This document shows, piece by piece, positions 25,407 to 38,015 of a DNA stretch of 64,000 nucleotides. The notes under the pieces are model-generated. The model was not told where the DNA came from, did no database searches, and saw nothing but the letters and a program-made list of their open reading frames with translations. Source of the DNA: Octopus bimaculoides (taxonomy: Eukaryota); NCBI RefSeq assembly GCF_001194135.2, contig NC_069000.1, positions 21,847,197 through 21,911,196 on the forward strand. The letters run 5' to 3'. The first letter of the stretch is position 1, and each line of letters begins with the position of its first letter. The position numbers and the translations under genes are program-made.

Positions 25407-25714
25407 TAATTGTTTTCAAACTTGACACTATGTCCTAATGATTCCACAACAACACTTTTCCCCCTCCTTTTTATTATATTCAGTTTGTTAATTTATGGTG
25501 TTACTTCGTACTTACATGACATAAGAGGATAATAAGGGTTTTGAATTAATTTATTAAAAATCATTACTGTACTTTGCTCTAGAAGCGGTATGATGTAGAG
25601 TGGGTAGCACTCCAGGATGTAGTAATAGAAAACCAAATGTAACTAGTTTCTTTTGTGCATATTAATAAAGTAATGGTTTAATTCTTTATAAGGAGGTTCA
25701 AATTTAAGAAGGAA

Positions 25715-25724
<10 letters not shown>

Positions 25725-25804
<80 letters not shown>
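25725..25804. repeat. (TG)n microsatellite
   Basis: Direct reading. Confidence 0.98.
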
Positions 25805-25806
<2 letters not shown>

Positions 25807-26049
25807 AGACTTTAGTTGTTAAATTGCTGTAGTATTATGCTTCATTATAACAAGGTTTCATTTAATGAAGAAATGTAAAATGAGCTGTATATATAATGAT
25901 AAAGTGCAACAGAATTCCACATAGTTTTCACTTGAAAAGCATTGGTCAAACCAAAACTTTGGCAGAAGCAAGCTACTGTGCTGTGGTGGTCACATTTGGA
26001 ATAATATGGTTGTGAGTTGGACTTCTTATCTTCACATCTATGTAAGTTA

Positions 26050-26255
26050 ATATTGGTTTTGAATTTTGGCACAAGGTCAGCAATTTTAGGGGAGGGGGCA
26101 AGTTGATTACATTTCCCCCAGTGCTTGACTGCTACTTATTTTATTGACCCTGAATGGATGAGAGGCAAAGTCACCTCAGTGGAATTTGAACTCAGAACAT
26201 AAAGATGGACAAAGTGCTGCTAAGCATTTTGCCCAGCATGCCAGCTCACTACCTT
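26050..26255 (-). mobile_element. SINE family C1 copy
   Basis: Family core and head present. Confidence 0.85.
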
Positions 26256-26399
26256 ATATGTAAGTTCATATTGCAAATCTAAACCGTCCCTACTCAACTC
26301 CTTATCCTCCACTCACCACCAGCCATCTATGCTCTCGGTTATTAAGTGACATTTTTCTTACTTACACAATATATTGTCAGTTCTTTGAAGTAAAAAAAA

Positions 26400-26660
26400 A
26401 ACTTACATACATTTACTGCTGAGGCAACAGATCTTCAAATACCTCACTTTCTCCTTCTTTTCTTCCATCTTAGACTCAAGCTACAACTATCTCCACTTCC
26501 ATTTGCAGTTAATCACGTCACTTTTATAGCTATATAGCAAAACTTATAGACAGCTTGCTGGAAGCAGTCTATAATTTTCAGTTTATATCCATTCACATTG
26601 TCAGCTAGTCCACTGCAACTGTTACATATTAAATGTTGATTTCCCTTCTGCTATAGAACA
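26400..26660 (-). pseudogene. Possible RTE reverse-transcriptase fragment, very degenerate
   Basis: CNSCSG...LKIIDCF...FCYI...FEDLLP resembles the RTE CSG..L.IVDSF.YLG..FRELLP region. Confidence 0.35.
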
Positions 26661-28168
26661 TGTCTTCACCTGTTGTGTATTCTTATTTGCATTGACTGCT
26701 ATACACATACAATAGTGAAAGTCTGTCTGCCTGCTCCCTTCTGGTGCATTAGTGCACATGGCCATTTTATTGCATACTGGAATCCCTTGCTACCAGCTGA
26801 GCCCTGCTGTGCTAAACTTTTCTTAAGACTGACCTTTTTTTTTTTTCTTTCAATTCTTCATTGTAATCTTCAATGCAAATCAACAATACACACAAGTTCC
26901 CTTAAGCATTGAATTCTGAATGCTTTTGAATTAAAATGACTAGAAAAATTGCAGGGAGTAGAACACTTTCTTGGCTGCCTATTAAATATTTTATTAAGTA
27001 TGCTGATGATCCTTTTCTTTACATTGAACAGCACACCCATCAACCCCTCTTCCCCCTAATCATTCCTCCCCCACCAGTTCCTTTCAAACAGATGACTCTT
27101 CAGTTCAATGTAGGCTTGCTCTATAATTCTGTGTTACAGTTCTAAATACTTTAACACATTGCACCTCCCATCCTCACAATAATGACAGAGCCAGTAAGGG
27201 AACCTCTATGTGGTTGTTTGAACTGCTAGAGACAGCAGTCAAATTTTCCTTGTCACACTCTTTATCATCTTGCAAAGGAGAACAACACAATAGTGTATTC
27301 CTAGATACTCTTGAACTGACATGTTGGTATGGTCCTACATGCTCAGATAACAACAACATTGAACATTGACAGTTTCTAACTCACTCCTTTATGTGTCTCT
27401 CCTCTTCCTCCTCTGCTAGTTAAAGCTAACACCATTCTGCCTCAACATCATCAAGATTTTAACATTCACTTTTCCATGTTCACTTAAGTCAGATGGAATT
27501 GATTGAGACAAATTTCCTCTGGCCAAATGCCTTTCCTGTCACTAACCTTCATTTGTTACCAAGCAAAAGTAATTTTTCTCCTGTGGCTACATGTTTTTCA
27601 TGGAAGACTGGAAATGAATAATACCCATTTTTAGCCATTACGCAATATCAAGACAAGGGGACACTCCCCCACAAGCTATGGGTTGCATTCAGTTTCTGTC
27701 TACCAAATCCACTTATAAAGCTTTTGTTGGCATGGGGGCTGCAGTCGAAGACACTTGCTCAAGGTACAACACAGTGGGACATAAACCCAAAATCACATGC
27801 TAGTGCCTATCTTGCAGACACCAATCTTTGTAAGCATAAATTTGAAGCATAGCCATCACAATGTTTTATGTATTGTTGTTGTTAAGGTCTTCCTTTGTTG
27901 TCTCTCAGATGATTAACTCAATGGGAGAGCTTTATATTGTGGCATGAAACTAAGTCATGTAATAGTTGGATGACCACAATTACTCTAACTTTATACTCAC
28001 TCATACACATTCAGAGTAATGATTAATAGAAAGTAACAACCTACCAACATTAAATATAATAAATTTATCAGAATTTTTGAGTGTCCACCCTTGTTGCTTT
28101 GACTGAGAACACACCCATTTTATCTCAAATTATTTACACCACTCACTTGCAATGTTTCCCTTCATATT

Positions 28169-28169
<1 letters not shown>

Positions 28170-28224
<55 letters not shown>
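28170..28224. repeat. (GA)n microsatellite
   Basis: Direct reading. Confidence 0.98.
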
Positions 28225-28227
<3 letters not shown>

Positions 28228-28474
28228 ACTGAACTTGTGATGGTCTAGATTAATCCAATCAAATTTCTCGAGGTTGTTGAACTCATAGGATTAGCAATGA
28301 TCCAGGATATTAGTTTAACAATATGCTTTCACCACCACCCTTATCATCAACATTGTTTTTTTTTATGTGTTTTTCTTGCTTACTGCATAGACTGAATAGC
28401 AGCTCCTTTACACAACGTTTTCTTTTTTTTTTTTTTTGCTTTTTTCCTCACTTTCCATTGCCTTCTCTGTAAAT

Positions 28475-28715
28475 TCCAACATTTTTGAGATCAGCTTTTA
28501 CTACTTCTGCTCAAGTCTTCCTGGTCTTTCTCTTCGACAGTTTCCTACCACTTGGATTTCCTGATACTTCTTTACCTGTCCATTATGCGTATGTCCATGC
28601 CAATACAGTTGTCTTTTGCACTCAATATCTGGTTCTTCTTGTGCCCAGTTTTTCTCTCAGTTCTTCTTTACTACATCACTCATACTTTGTTGTACTTATT
28701 TCCAATTATGATTTT
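28475..28715 (-). pseudogene. RTE LINE ORF C-terminal fossil
   Basis: Reads approximately EELREKLGTR..VQKRQLYWHGH...VKKYQEIQVVGNCRRERP..KADLK, matching RTE RRLRWYGHV...GRGRP.KTW...DL. Confidence 0.7.
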
Positions 28716-28929
28716 CAAAAATCCTTGTTGTTGTTATGATCATTGGTGATTTGGCTAACTGGATAAAATAATTAAGGTTAGGATGACTAACTGTTGAGGT
28801 TCTGAGCTCATATCTAGCTGCACATAGGTTAAACATTTAATTCTAAAATAACTCAGTTAATTAATGAATATGTAGTGAGCCAAGGGTGTTCATATCAGAG
28901 GGCTAAAGATGTTATGAGAGAAGAGTCTA

Positions 28930-29147
28930 AGACGGTGAGCTGACAGAATTGTTAGTATGCTAGGCAAAATGCTTAGCAGCATTTTGTCCATTTTTATATT
29001 CTGAGTTCAAATACTGCCCAAGCCAACTTTGCCTTTTATGATTTTGGGGTTGATAAAATAAGTAGCAGTTGAGCACTGGGGTCGATGTAATCGACTTATC
29101 CCCTCCCCCAAACTTGTTGGTCTTGTGCCAAAATTTGAAACCAATAT
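28930..29147 (+). mobile_element. SINE family C1 copy
   Basis: Complete head, core and tail. Confidence 0.88.
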
Positions 29148-29169
29148 GAGAGGAGAGTCTTTCATTCAC

Positions 29170-29354
29170 CTGACCCCTTTAATACCAACCTGCTTTGGTA
29201 ACACATTGCTGTTTATCAAAATTCCATGTTAATTTATGTTCCAAAAATCAGTTTAATAATGCCAAATCGATTTTACTAAATACTTCATTATTTTTTAAAT
29301 TAATTGAATTAAAGGCAGTATACTTCTAGAGAAATTTGGTAATGAAAGGGTCAA
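29170..29354. mobile_element. piggyBac-type MITE (family H)
   Basis: Ends ctgacccctttaatacc / ggtaatgaaagggtcaa resemble a decayed TTAA-CCCTTT TIR; a related end gatatcaaaagggttaa lies near 35795-35808. Confidence 0.55.
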
Positions 29355-30087
29355 TGCAAACAAACTATAATTAATTAGTGGTCTAATGAAACTGTGTACT
29401 TCTCTGGAGGATTAATTTGGTGAATGGATTCCTCAGACTGAAGTTGGGGTTATTTGAACGAATGTTAAAACTTCAGCTGATTGTACGCCTCATTTGGTAC
29501 TTTGTTATTTGGGGAGCAGTATTTTGATTAATGTATAAAATAGGAGGGTTAATTTATAACACTATATAACCACCATTTTTCTGAATGGAATTTACCCAGT
29601 AATAATGAAGGAGCAGTGATAGAATGATGAAAATGACTTGATTACTTTTCCACTCCAACCAATTTCCATAAGAAGATTGAACTGATAGGGGATGCTGGTT
29701 TGGTATAGTAATTTAAGAACAAAATGCTTTCTTCAGAAATTTTGTAAAACCTTGGGCCAGAAAAGAAAATTCACCTTTATTGTAGAGTCTCTAGGATTAA
29801 CAGCTAAATCTCCCTCAAGTTGCACACAACTGTCCTTAAACGAAGAACTACTTTGGATAATGTAGTCCTTAATATACTCAGCTATGAGAAAAGTCGGCTT
29901 GGTCATGTCTTGACTTGTCCTTGATAATAAGTCTGTTTGATGAGGGTTGACCAGCCAATAACAATAGTGTGCAGGTTGTTGGAGGAGATTTGACTATTGC
30001 ATTGAGCAATCCAGCTGACTTGTATAGAAGCTTTTCCCCTAGCTTGTCATGAAGGTTGGGATGGGACTGTTAATAGAAAGTTTATTG

Positions 30088-30131
30088 TCGGACACCTCTC
30101 TCTCTCTCTCTCTCTCTCTTTCTTTCTCTCC

Positions 30132-30166
<35 letters not shown>
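30088..30166. repeat. (CT)n microsatellite
   Basis: Direct reading. Confidence 0.95.
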
Positions 30167-31028
30167 AGCAAAATATTAAAACAGAAATTTAATGATGATA
30201 ATGGTGGTGGTGGTGATAAAGGCAATTACTACACCTACATAATTATTGCTTATTGGTTTCCAATTTGATGTTTTAATAGCGGAAGCTTTACTGTTTTCTG
30301 TTGGAATGCATATAGAATGCTGGCATTCCTGTAAATGCAACAATAAAATTCCTACCACACACAGTGATAAAAGTCTAGACACAGACAAGGCACACCCATC
30401 TGATAACTATCTGTATATAAGTTATTCTATATATTTGCAATGTTGAAACAAGAGAAATTCTTCGGATATTTTGGGTGTTTTTTTTTTAAATCTTTTCACC
30501 CTTCTCCTTCCCACAAACTAATTCTGGATTTTATTTATTTTATTTACACCTATGGGGAGAGAGATAGATGGGGGTAGGTAGCAAGATTCTCATTTTCTGA
30601 AAGTGCTATGATGGAAGGTAGCTTCCACTCTTATGTTCTTGATCTTCACCTTAGTCTTGTTAATAGACATGCACACATACATTGTGCTACAACTAACACA
30701 ATCACAGTGGAAGCTCTCTCCTTTCAATACAAATTCACTGATTTTCTCCTTACATATACAGTGTATGTATGTATGTAATGTTTGTGGGTATGTTACTTTA
30801 CTGAATGCATTAAAAGTCAAGTATCTTGGACTGAATTATCAGTTTCGAACATTTAAGCTACACAAATGTTCTACTACATGTAGTATTTTTCATCTGCTTC
30901 TAGACTAAAAAAATTGTGTGTGTGTGTGTGTGTACACATTTATTGGTGATTAACAGTAATTTGACATAAGGTGGCTTACTATTGCTGAAGATTGTGGTTG
31001 AATGACATCTTGTGTCTTGCAATACTAT

Positions 31029-31418
31029 TGTTGTTGTTGGCACTCTGTCGCTTATGACGTCGAGAGTTCCAGTTGATCCGATCAACGGAAAAGCCTGCTC
31101 ATGAAATTAACGTGCAAGTGACTGAGCACTCCACAGACACGTGTACCCTTAATGTAGTTCTCGGGGATATTCAGCGTAACACAGAGTGTGACAAGGCTGG
31201 CCCTTTGAATTACAGGCACAACAGAAACAGGAAGTAAGAGTGAGAGAAAGTTGTGGTGAAAGAGTACAGCAGGGTTTGCTACCATCCCCTGCCTGAGCCT
31301 CGTGGAGCTTTAGGTGCTTTTGCTCAATAAACACTCACAACGCCTGGTCTGGGAATCGAAACCGCAATCCTATAACTGCAAGTCCGCTGCCCTAACCACT
31401 GGTCCATTGCGCCTCCAC
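31029..31418 (-). mobile_element. SINE family B, full length with 13-bp TSD
   Basis: cttgcaatactat at 31016-31028 and 31419-31431; tRNA-like head and (CAA)n tail. Confidence 0.95.
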
Positions 31419-31519
31419 CTTGCAATACTATATATATCTAATAATAAAACAGCACTGAAAGGGGACAGCACATGTTGCTATAATACTCATTTAATAGCAG
31501 ATCAAAATTTGAAGTTGTG

Positions 31520-31972
31520 TGAGAAGCAGCCTGTTTCAGAATCTTTTGTTTATTTCAGTCATTGGACTGTGGTCATGCTGGAGCACTATCTTGAAAAGCT
31601 TAGTTGGACAAATCAATCCAGTACTTCTATTTTTTTTTAAGCTTAGTACTTGTTCTATCAATATCTTTTGCCTGACTGCTAAGTTATGAGAACATAAGCA
31701 AACCAACACCAGTTGTCAAGCTGTAGTGGGTGGGGGGACACAATACAAACACAGAATGCACTCATTGATATCTATATCTAATATATATAGTTACATGCAT
31801 ACACTCACCCCCACATGATGAACTTCTTTTCAATTTCATCTAGCAAATCCACTCACAAGGCTTTGGTTGGCCTAGGGCTATAGTGGAAGACACTTAGCCA
31901 AGGTGTTATGCAGTGGAATGGAACCCAAAACCATGTGTTTGGGAAGCAAACACACAGCCACACTTGTAACTA
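31520..31972 (-). mobile_element. SINE family A copy
   Basis: Family blocks present; the head ends at the mariner TA site. Confidence 0.85.
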
Positions 31973-33273
31973 TCAGGTTGAGTAAAATTATAAGCATTGT
32001 TTTGAACCATAAAGAATTTGTACTGGATTTTTGAAGAGTTTTGAATTTTTTTAAACAGTTTTTTTGCAATTGTCTGATCATACAGACATAGACTTGCCCA
32101 AATGCATCAGTAAATTAACATTGATATTTTTTTCACTGTTATAATCATCTGAAATGGAACTGTCAAAGCACGATATTCGAGCAATTTTGCTATTCAACTT
32201 CAAACGTGGCTGTAAAGCAGCTGAAACTGCTCGTGATATCACCGAAATGTTTGGTGAGGAAATGACCAATCAGTGGTCAGCTTGAAAATGATTTCGCAGT
32301 GGAGACCTGAGCCTTGAAGTTCGTGAATGTAGTGGACGCCCATTTCTCATCAATAATGGTCAATTAAAGGCCGTTGTTGAGAAAGATCCTCGTAAAACCA
32401 CTCAAGAACTGGTGAAAGAACTTAGCCAGAAAACTGCCTGCAACCATTTGCATGCGATCGGAAAATCAAAAAAGCTCGACAAATGGGTACCTCACGATTT
32501 GAANNNNNNNNNNAATCAAAAAAGCTCGACAAATGGGTACCTCACGATTTGAATGAAAATCAGAAAATGCGCAGATATGAAATTTGCTTGTCGCTTTTCT
32601 GTAACTAGACCAATCCATTTCTCAACTGTATTGTAATTTGCGATGAAAAGTGGATTCTGTACAATATCAAAAAAACATTCTCTGCGGTGATTGGAGCAAA
32701 ATAAAGCACTGAAAAACTTTCCTAAACCTGAGCTCTTCAAAAAGAAGGTTATGGTAATTGTTTGCTGGTGTACTGCTGGACTCATCCACTATAACTTAAA
32801 ACCCAGAAAAACCATTAGTGCAGAAACATATTGCCATGAAATTACCAAAATGAATGCAAAACTGCTACTCCTCCATCCCAGACTGGTCAACAGAAGAGAG
32901 CCGATCATTCTTCATGACAATGCTTGTTCACACATTTCACTAATGTCACTCCAGAAGTCTACAAAGTTCTTCCCCACCCAACTTATTCCCAAGCCCTTTC
33001 TCCTACCGATTACCACTTTTTGAAGCACCTTGATGGTTTCCTGTGAGAGAAAGAGTTCAAAAATCAAACCGATGCTGAAAGTGTGTGCAAAGAGTTCATC
33101 AGCTCCAGAACTCTAGATTTCTATGTTACCAAAATAAACAAACTTGCAACTTGTTGGCAAAAATGTGTTGATTGTAATGATACTTACTTTGATGAATGAA
33201 ATGTCCACATTGTTGAAATATATTTTGATGAATTTCATATTTCAAAATGTTGCTTACTTTTTACTCAGCCTGA
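31973..33273 (+). mobile_element. Full-length decayed mariner transposon (mariner-1)
   Basis: TIRs tcaggttgagtaaaa...ttttgaa / ttcaaaa...ttttactcagcctga, with TA on both sides. Broken ORF 32154-33199: MELSKHDIRAILLFNFKRG, KLDKWVPHDL, IVICDEKWILY, ILHDNACSH, LSPTDYHFLKHL, WQKCVDCNDTYFDE*. Confidence 0.95.
32504..32513. other. 10-N gap with an exact 40-bp duplication on either side (contig overlap)
   Basis: 32464-32503 equals 32514-32553. Confidence 0.9.
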
Positions 33274-33954
33274 TATTTTGTGTGAATTGGAGTTTCCTTC
33301 TCTTGACATCACAGGGTAGTTGTAAATTAGTGTCACTATCATGCAGTAGTGTCATTTGTTTCCAATCTCCCATGAAAACATGTTTGGTTGTGGGGGAAAT
33401 GTCACCTTACTTGGAGATAGGTGATGGTTTGCAAGAGGAAGCTGTAGAAAATTGGCCTCAACAAATTCTGCTCAACCCATGCATGCATGGGAAATGAACA
33501 TTAAAACAATAATGATGATGATGATTTATATACATGACTTATAATTGAAGTGGAGTGGTTTGAAAAATAAAGTGAGGTTTAGTAATGGCAGCATAGGTTT
33601 AAACAATAGCAGTTAGCTGATTACATGATATTTGCTTAACAGCAAGGAAGTAGTTTACTGCAAACTACAGCTGTTCGTTGATTAGATACAGCATAAAATT
33701 TCTGAGAGTTCACTTTAAAGAATAAGACCATATATTTCCTCTTTAAAGACTACTGCAACCACATTGATAACTTTGAAAGAATGTATTGGCAGGCTCAAAC
33801 ATAACCCTACAATAGCTGAGATGCCTATGGTTCCCTGTCATATCTTCACTTTAAAGATAAATCTACACAGTGAAGACAACAGCATGGTTGTAGTGTGTGT
33901 ATGATTATTGCATACCAACAATAGGGTGTTATAAATAAGTCAGTTAAACCCTTT

Positions 33955-34332
33955 TTTTTTTAATGTTTCAGTCATTAGATTTGCCTGTGACCATACTGGG
34001 ACACCACTTTGAGGAATTTTAGTCAAACTAATTGACTCCAGTATTTATTTTCTTTTTAAGCCTGGTCTTTATTCTATCAGTCTATTTTTCCAGACTGCTA
34101 AGTTAGGGGACATAAATACACCGACACCAGTCATCAAGCAGTGGTCAGGGACAAATACAGACACACACACATGATGGGCTTTTCCAGTTTCTGTCTACCA
34201 AATCCACTCACGAGGCTTTGGTTGGCCCTATGCTATAGTACAAGACACCTGCCCAAAGTGCCATGCAGTGGAATTGAACCTGGAACCATGTGGTTGAGAA
34301 GCAAACTTCTTACCACACAGCCATGCCTGTAC
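33955..34332 (-). mobile_element. SINE family A copy
   Basis: All family blocks present. Confidence 0.88.
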
Positions 34333-34799
34333 TTATATATAAACTGTTTTGTTGGAATTCTTGTTTAGCCATAGTCAGCTCTGACATCAAAGGCATATGA
34401 GCTGTGGTCATTCTGTTGTTCAGCTTACAATATCCAATATGCCCTTACCAAAATGGTAGGTCATGATTTAGAGAGATTTGGTCACTATTTCTAGCAGTAC
34501 TTGTGTCCACATAGAGGCTTCTTCATTGATTTGAATTACTTTTGTTGTGTAGCTATGTACATTGGTGTGTGTATGTGTAAATATGTGTGCATGTGCATTA
34601 CATATGCATATAGCAAAAAGATGTGGGAGTTAAAAAGCTATGAAGGTAGTCATGATCACCAGTAATCAACAGGAGCAGCATGTGTATATGTTTATACATA
34701 AATGTCTATATTTGTGTGTGTGTGATTGTATTGATCTCTTTAGCATCTAATTCTTTCTCACATGGAGCAACATAATAAACTTCTGTTTTAATAGAGTTG

Positions 34800-34945
34800 T
34801 GCAATGTATGTATATGTATATATGTACATGTATGAAGTTGTATTATGTATGTAATGTATGTAATGTATGTATGTATGTATGTATGTATGTAATGTATGTA
34901 TGTATGTAATGTATGTATGTATGTATGTAATGTATGTATGTACAA
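34800..34945. repeat. (TATG)n/(TAATG) microsatellite
   Basis: Direct reading. Confidence 0.92.
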
Positions 34946-35294
34946 TATATCTATTTGTGCAGCTGTCTAGCTTGCTTGTGATTATTTATCTGGCATGTTG
35001 CATTAGGGTACCTAGCTGGGCTGCACACATACATCCAAATTATTGATTTCACCTGTTATCTAGGACATTGTAACGCTATCAAGTTACTGATTTCAACTTG
35101 ACCCAACTTGTCATTATATAACGAGCATTTTAAGGTAAGACTGACTTGCTTTGAAATCTTCATATAATCTTGAACCAGAGGTTTGACAAATATATAACGA
35201 CCCTTGCTCAATACAGCAGTAACTACTTTGCTCTTTCATTAGCATATTTCTGTTGGAATACACAGCTTTTGTTTCAGTTGATTTCAAAAATAAT

Positions 35295-35680
35295 CTTTTG
35301 TGTTTTGCTTGTTTCAGTCTTTGGACTGCAGCGATACTGGAGCAGCACTTCAAAGGGTTTTAGTCAAACAAATTGACCCCAGTACTTATTCTTAAGCCTG
35401 TTACTTATTCTATCAGCCTCTCTTTGCTGAACTGTTAAGTTACAGGTTTGTAAACAAACCAACACTGGGTTGTCAAGAAGTGGTGGGGAACTAATGCAAA
35501 CACACACACACTCACAAATACACATGCATAATGGGCTTCTTTCAGTTTTTTTCTGTCAAATCCACTCACAAGGCTTTAGTTGGCCCAGGGCTATAGTGAA
35601 AGATACTTGCCCAGGATGCCATATAGTGGGACTGAACCCATGATCTCAAGGATGGGAAGCAAGCTTCTTACCACGCAACT
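35295..35680 (-). mobile_element. SINE family A copy
   Basis: All family blocks present. Confidence 0.88.
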
Positions 35681-37789
35681 ATAAAGGAATTTAGCAAAAT
35701 AACTTTATTATTCAACTGGTTTTTGGGACATAACATGGAATTTAAAACAGGAAGTTCCTATCAAAGAACCAGGGGTGGTCTCAAATGGGTTGATATCAAA
35801 AGGGTTAAAATTTAAATCTCTTCAATATGTGAGCAATAGATGTTTAGATTTCCTCCTTTTCCTGTATCTTTTTCTATTTATAGTATTTTTTTAGTGAAAT
35901 GCAGTAGTTTTAAACAAATAAAAACAAATGCATTGTATTTTGATACCCCGTGAGACTGAGCATACACTTTTTCTGGTTTTATTTCTAATCTAATTCATGA
36001 TTCATACCAATGCAGACATACCCAATCCTCATGAACTATCCCTATTTACATTAGCTATGAGGTTAACATTCTGAATGACTGACCATAAGATCAAACCCTA
36101 CTACATCAGTTATTTGCATTTCACCTCCTGGGTCACATCTATGACTCTAGTTCATTCATTGTAGTTGGCTGTCAAAACAATCCACCCAGTCAATTTCGTA
36201 GGTGGATTTTTTTTTTAAAGTTAATTTATTTTTATGTATTTATTTATATATTTATATTATCACAGAAGGATGGGCAGTACCCTTGGCCTTTGCAGGTCTT
36301 CTTAAGGCTGGTGGGATATTTAAAACTGATGGTTAGCCTGAACATCTGCAAGTTCATGTCTGCAAGGGAAAATATGGTCAGAGAAGGGACTGAAGATTTT
36401 ATCCAAATGTTTACTAGTACCTTAGCATTTATTTTTTAATTCACTCCGGCAAACTGCAAAAAAGCATGAAGATTGTCACTACTAAGTAGTGAACTTGAAG
36501 CCGTGTAATCCGTAGTCCAGTATTATCCTAGCTATTTGAAAAATCAGCCAAAAAGCAATGATTTTCAATATTGCTGTAGATACAGTAGACCGTATCTGCA
36601 CCCGTAGAATACAGTTGCATTACTTGTTTTGTTTGGACCAAGAATTCTTAGTCATTTTGACTTTGAGGCACACTGAGATCAAATAAAAAAGTACTTGGAT
36701 GAACAGTTAAAATTAAATCAACTATGTTTTAAAGTAGAAAGTTCAGTGCATAATATTTAAAACTGTTTCTTACCTCATTTTATTAATCATACTTTTGTAT
36801 CACAAAGGTTATAAATTTTTTTAAGACCCTCAAGCATTACTGAGTTTCTAAAGTCTTTGATGATATTTTTAAAACTTGCAGCACACCAGATACCTCTTGT
36901 AATGTACCAGTGTACTGCAGGGCACCATTTAAGAACTCACTGGTTTAGTTAGACATTTGGTAGCTCTTGCAATAAAACTTGGAAGAGAATTAGCTGAATT
37001 TACTTGCTTTGAATGTAGCACAAACAAATGTAAAGACAGTCTTTAGTGATTTGACTGTTGCATCATGAACCAGTTTGCACATCATATGGTCAATTTGTTA
37101 CAATCTAACATATCCCTGTTTAAGGATAAACTTGTAGGTTTTTGTGTAACATGAACATTGTATTAAACATCCATGTTTAGGGCAATGTTCAGTCATGTAA
37201 GTCATTGTTATCACTACATAGCCTTTTCTCCTTTTCCACCCCCAAGACATAAGTCTTCCTTGTACTTGAGATTAAATTGATATAACTTTTGCTCTGCACT
37301 TCTGTTTATCTTGCTTTTCTGCCACTCTGCTATCTATGCTAAATCACTTTAGCTCACATTTAATACCAAAACTGCCTCCCTTCAGATGTCATCAAGAACA
37401 GATTCTTTTAATTTTTTTTTTTTTTCAGTGATATTTCACTATCATTTATTTCTTTTTCCTTCTCTGCTTCCTATCTTCCTGCTATTTTATTTTCTGAAAT
37501 TCAGCTTACTACCAATATCCACCCTGACTAGTAATCTACTCTACACCTTCCATCCACTCTATATAGCCCTATTTACACTGGTATCTAACACACCTCTGCC
37601 TCAGGCCACCCCTGACCACAAGCCTTGTCTAACTGTCTGAGATGAGTTGTTGTCACTACTATCCAAATGCTCCACTTTATGAACCTTATCATTAGACTCT
37701 ATATGTACACTATATTTCAACTGCAGATCAAACAAACTGGAGCAAAGAGTAAATATAAAGAGCAAAGAGTAAATATTGCACCCTCATTC

Positions 37790-38015
37790 TGTTGATGGGT
37801 CATGTGAGTTACTTGGTGACCTCACTAGTGTTGGTGCCGTGAAAAAAGGCAACCAGTACACTCTGTGATGTAGTTGGCATTAGGGAGGGCATCCTACTGT
37901 AGAAACCTTAGCAAGGCAGACAAAGCAGCTCAATGCTGTCCTCTAGCTCACCAGATCCCGTTGAACTGTCCAACCCATGCCAGCATGGAATACAGACATT
38001 AAAGGATGATGATGT
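37790..38015 (+). mobile_element. Repeat family D copy
   Basis: gttggcattagggagggcatcc...caacccatgccagcatggaa...gatgatgatg. Confidence 0.75.

Noticed and set aside
29540-29760. Possible Tc1/maT transposase C-terminal remnant on the minus strand (IQKNGGYI)
   Set aside because: Only one short motif is convincing; too degenerate to call.
32464-32553. Exact 40-bp duplication inside mariner-1
   Set aside because: It flanks a 10-N gap; this is an unmerged contig overlap.
36599-36620. cacccgtagaa resembling the 5' end of miR-99/100
   Set aside because: Similarity stops after about 11 nt and no precursor-length hairpin surrounds it.
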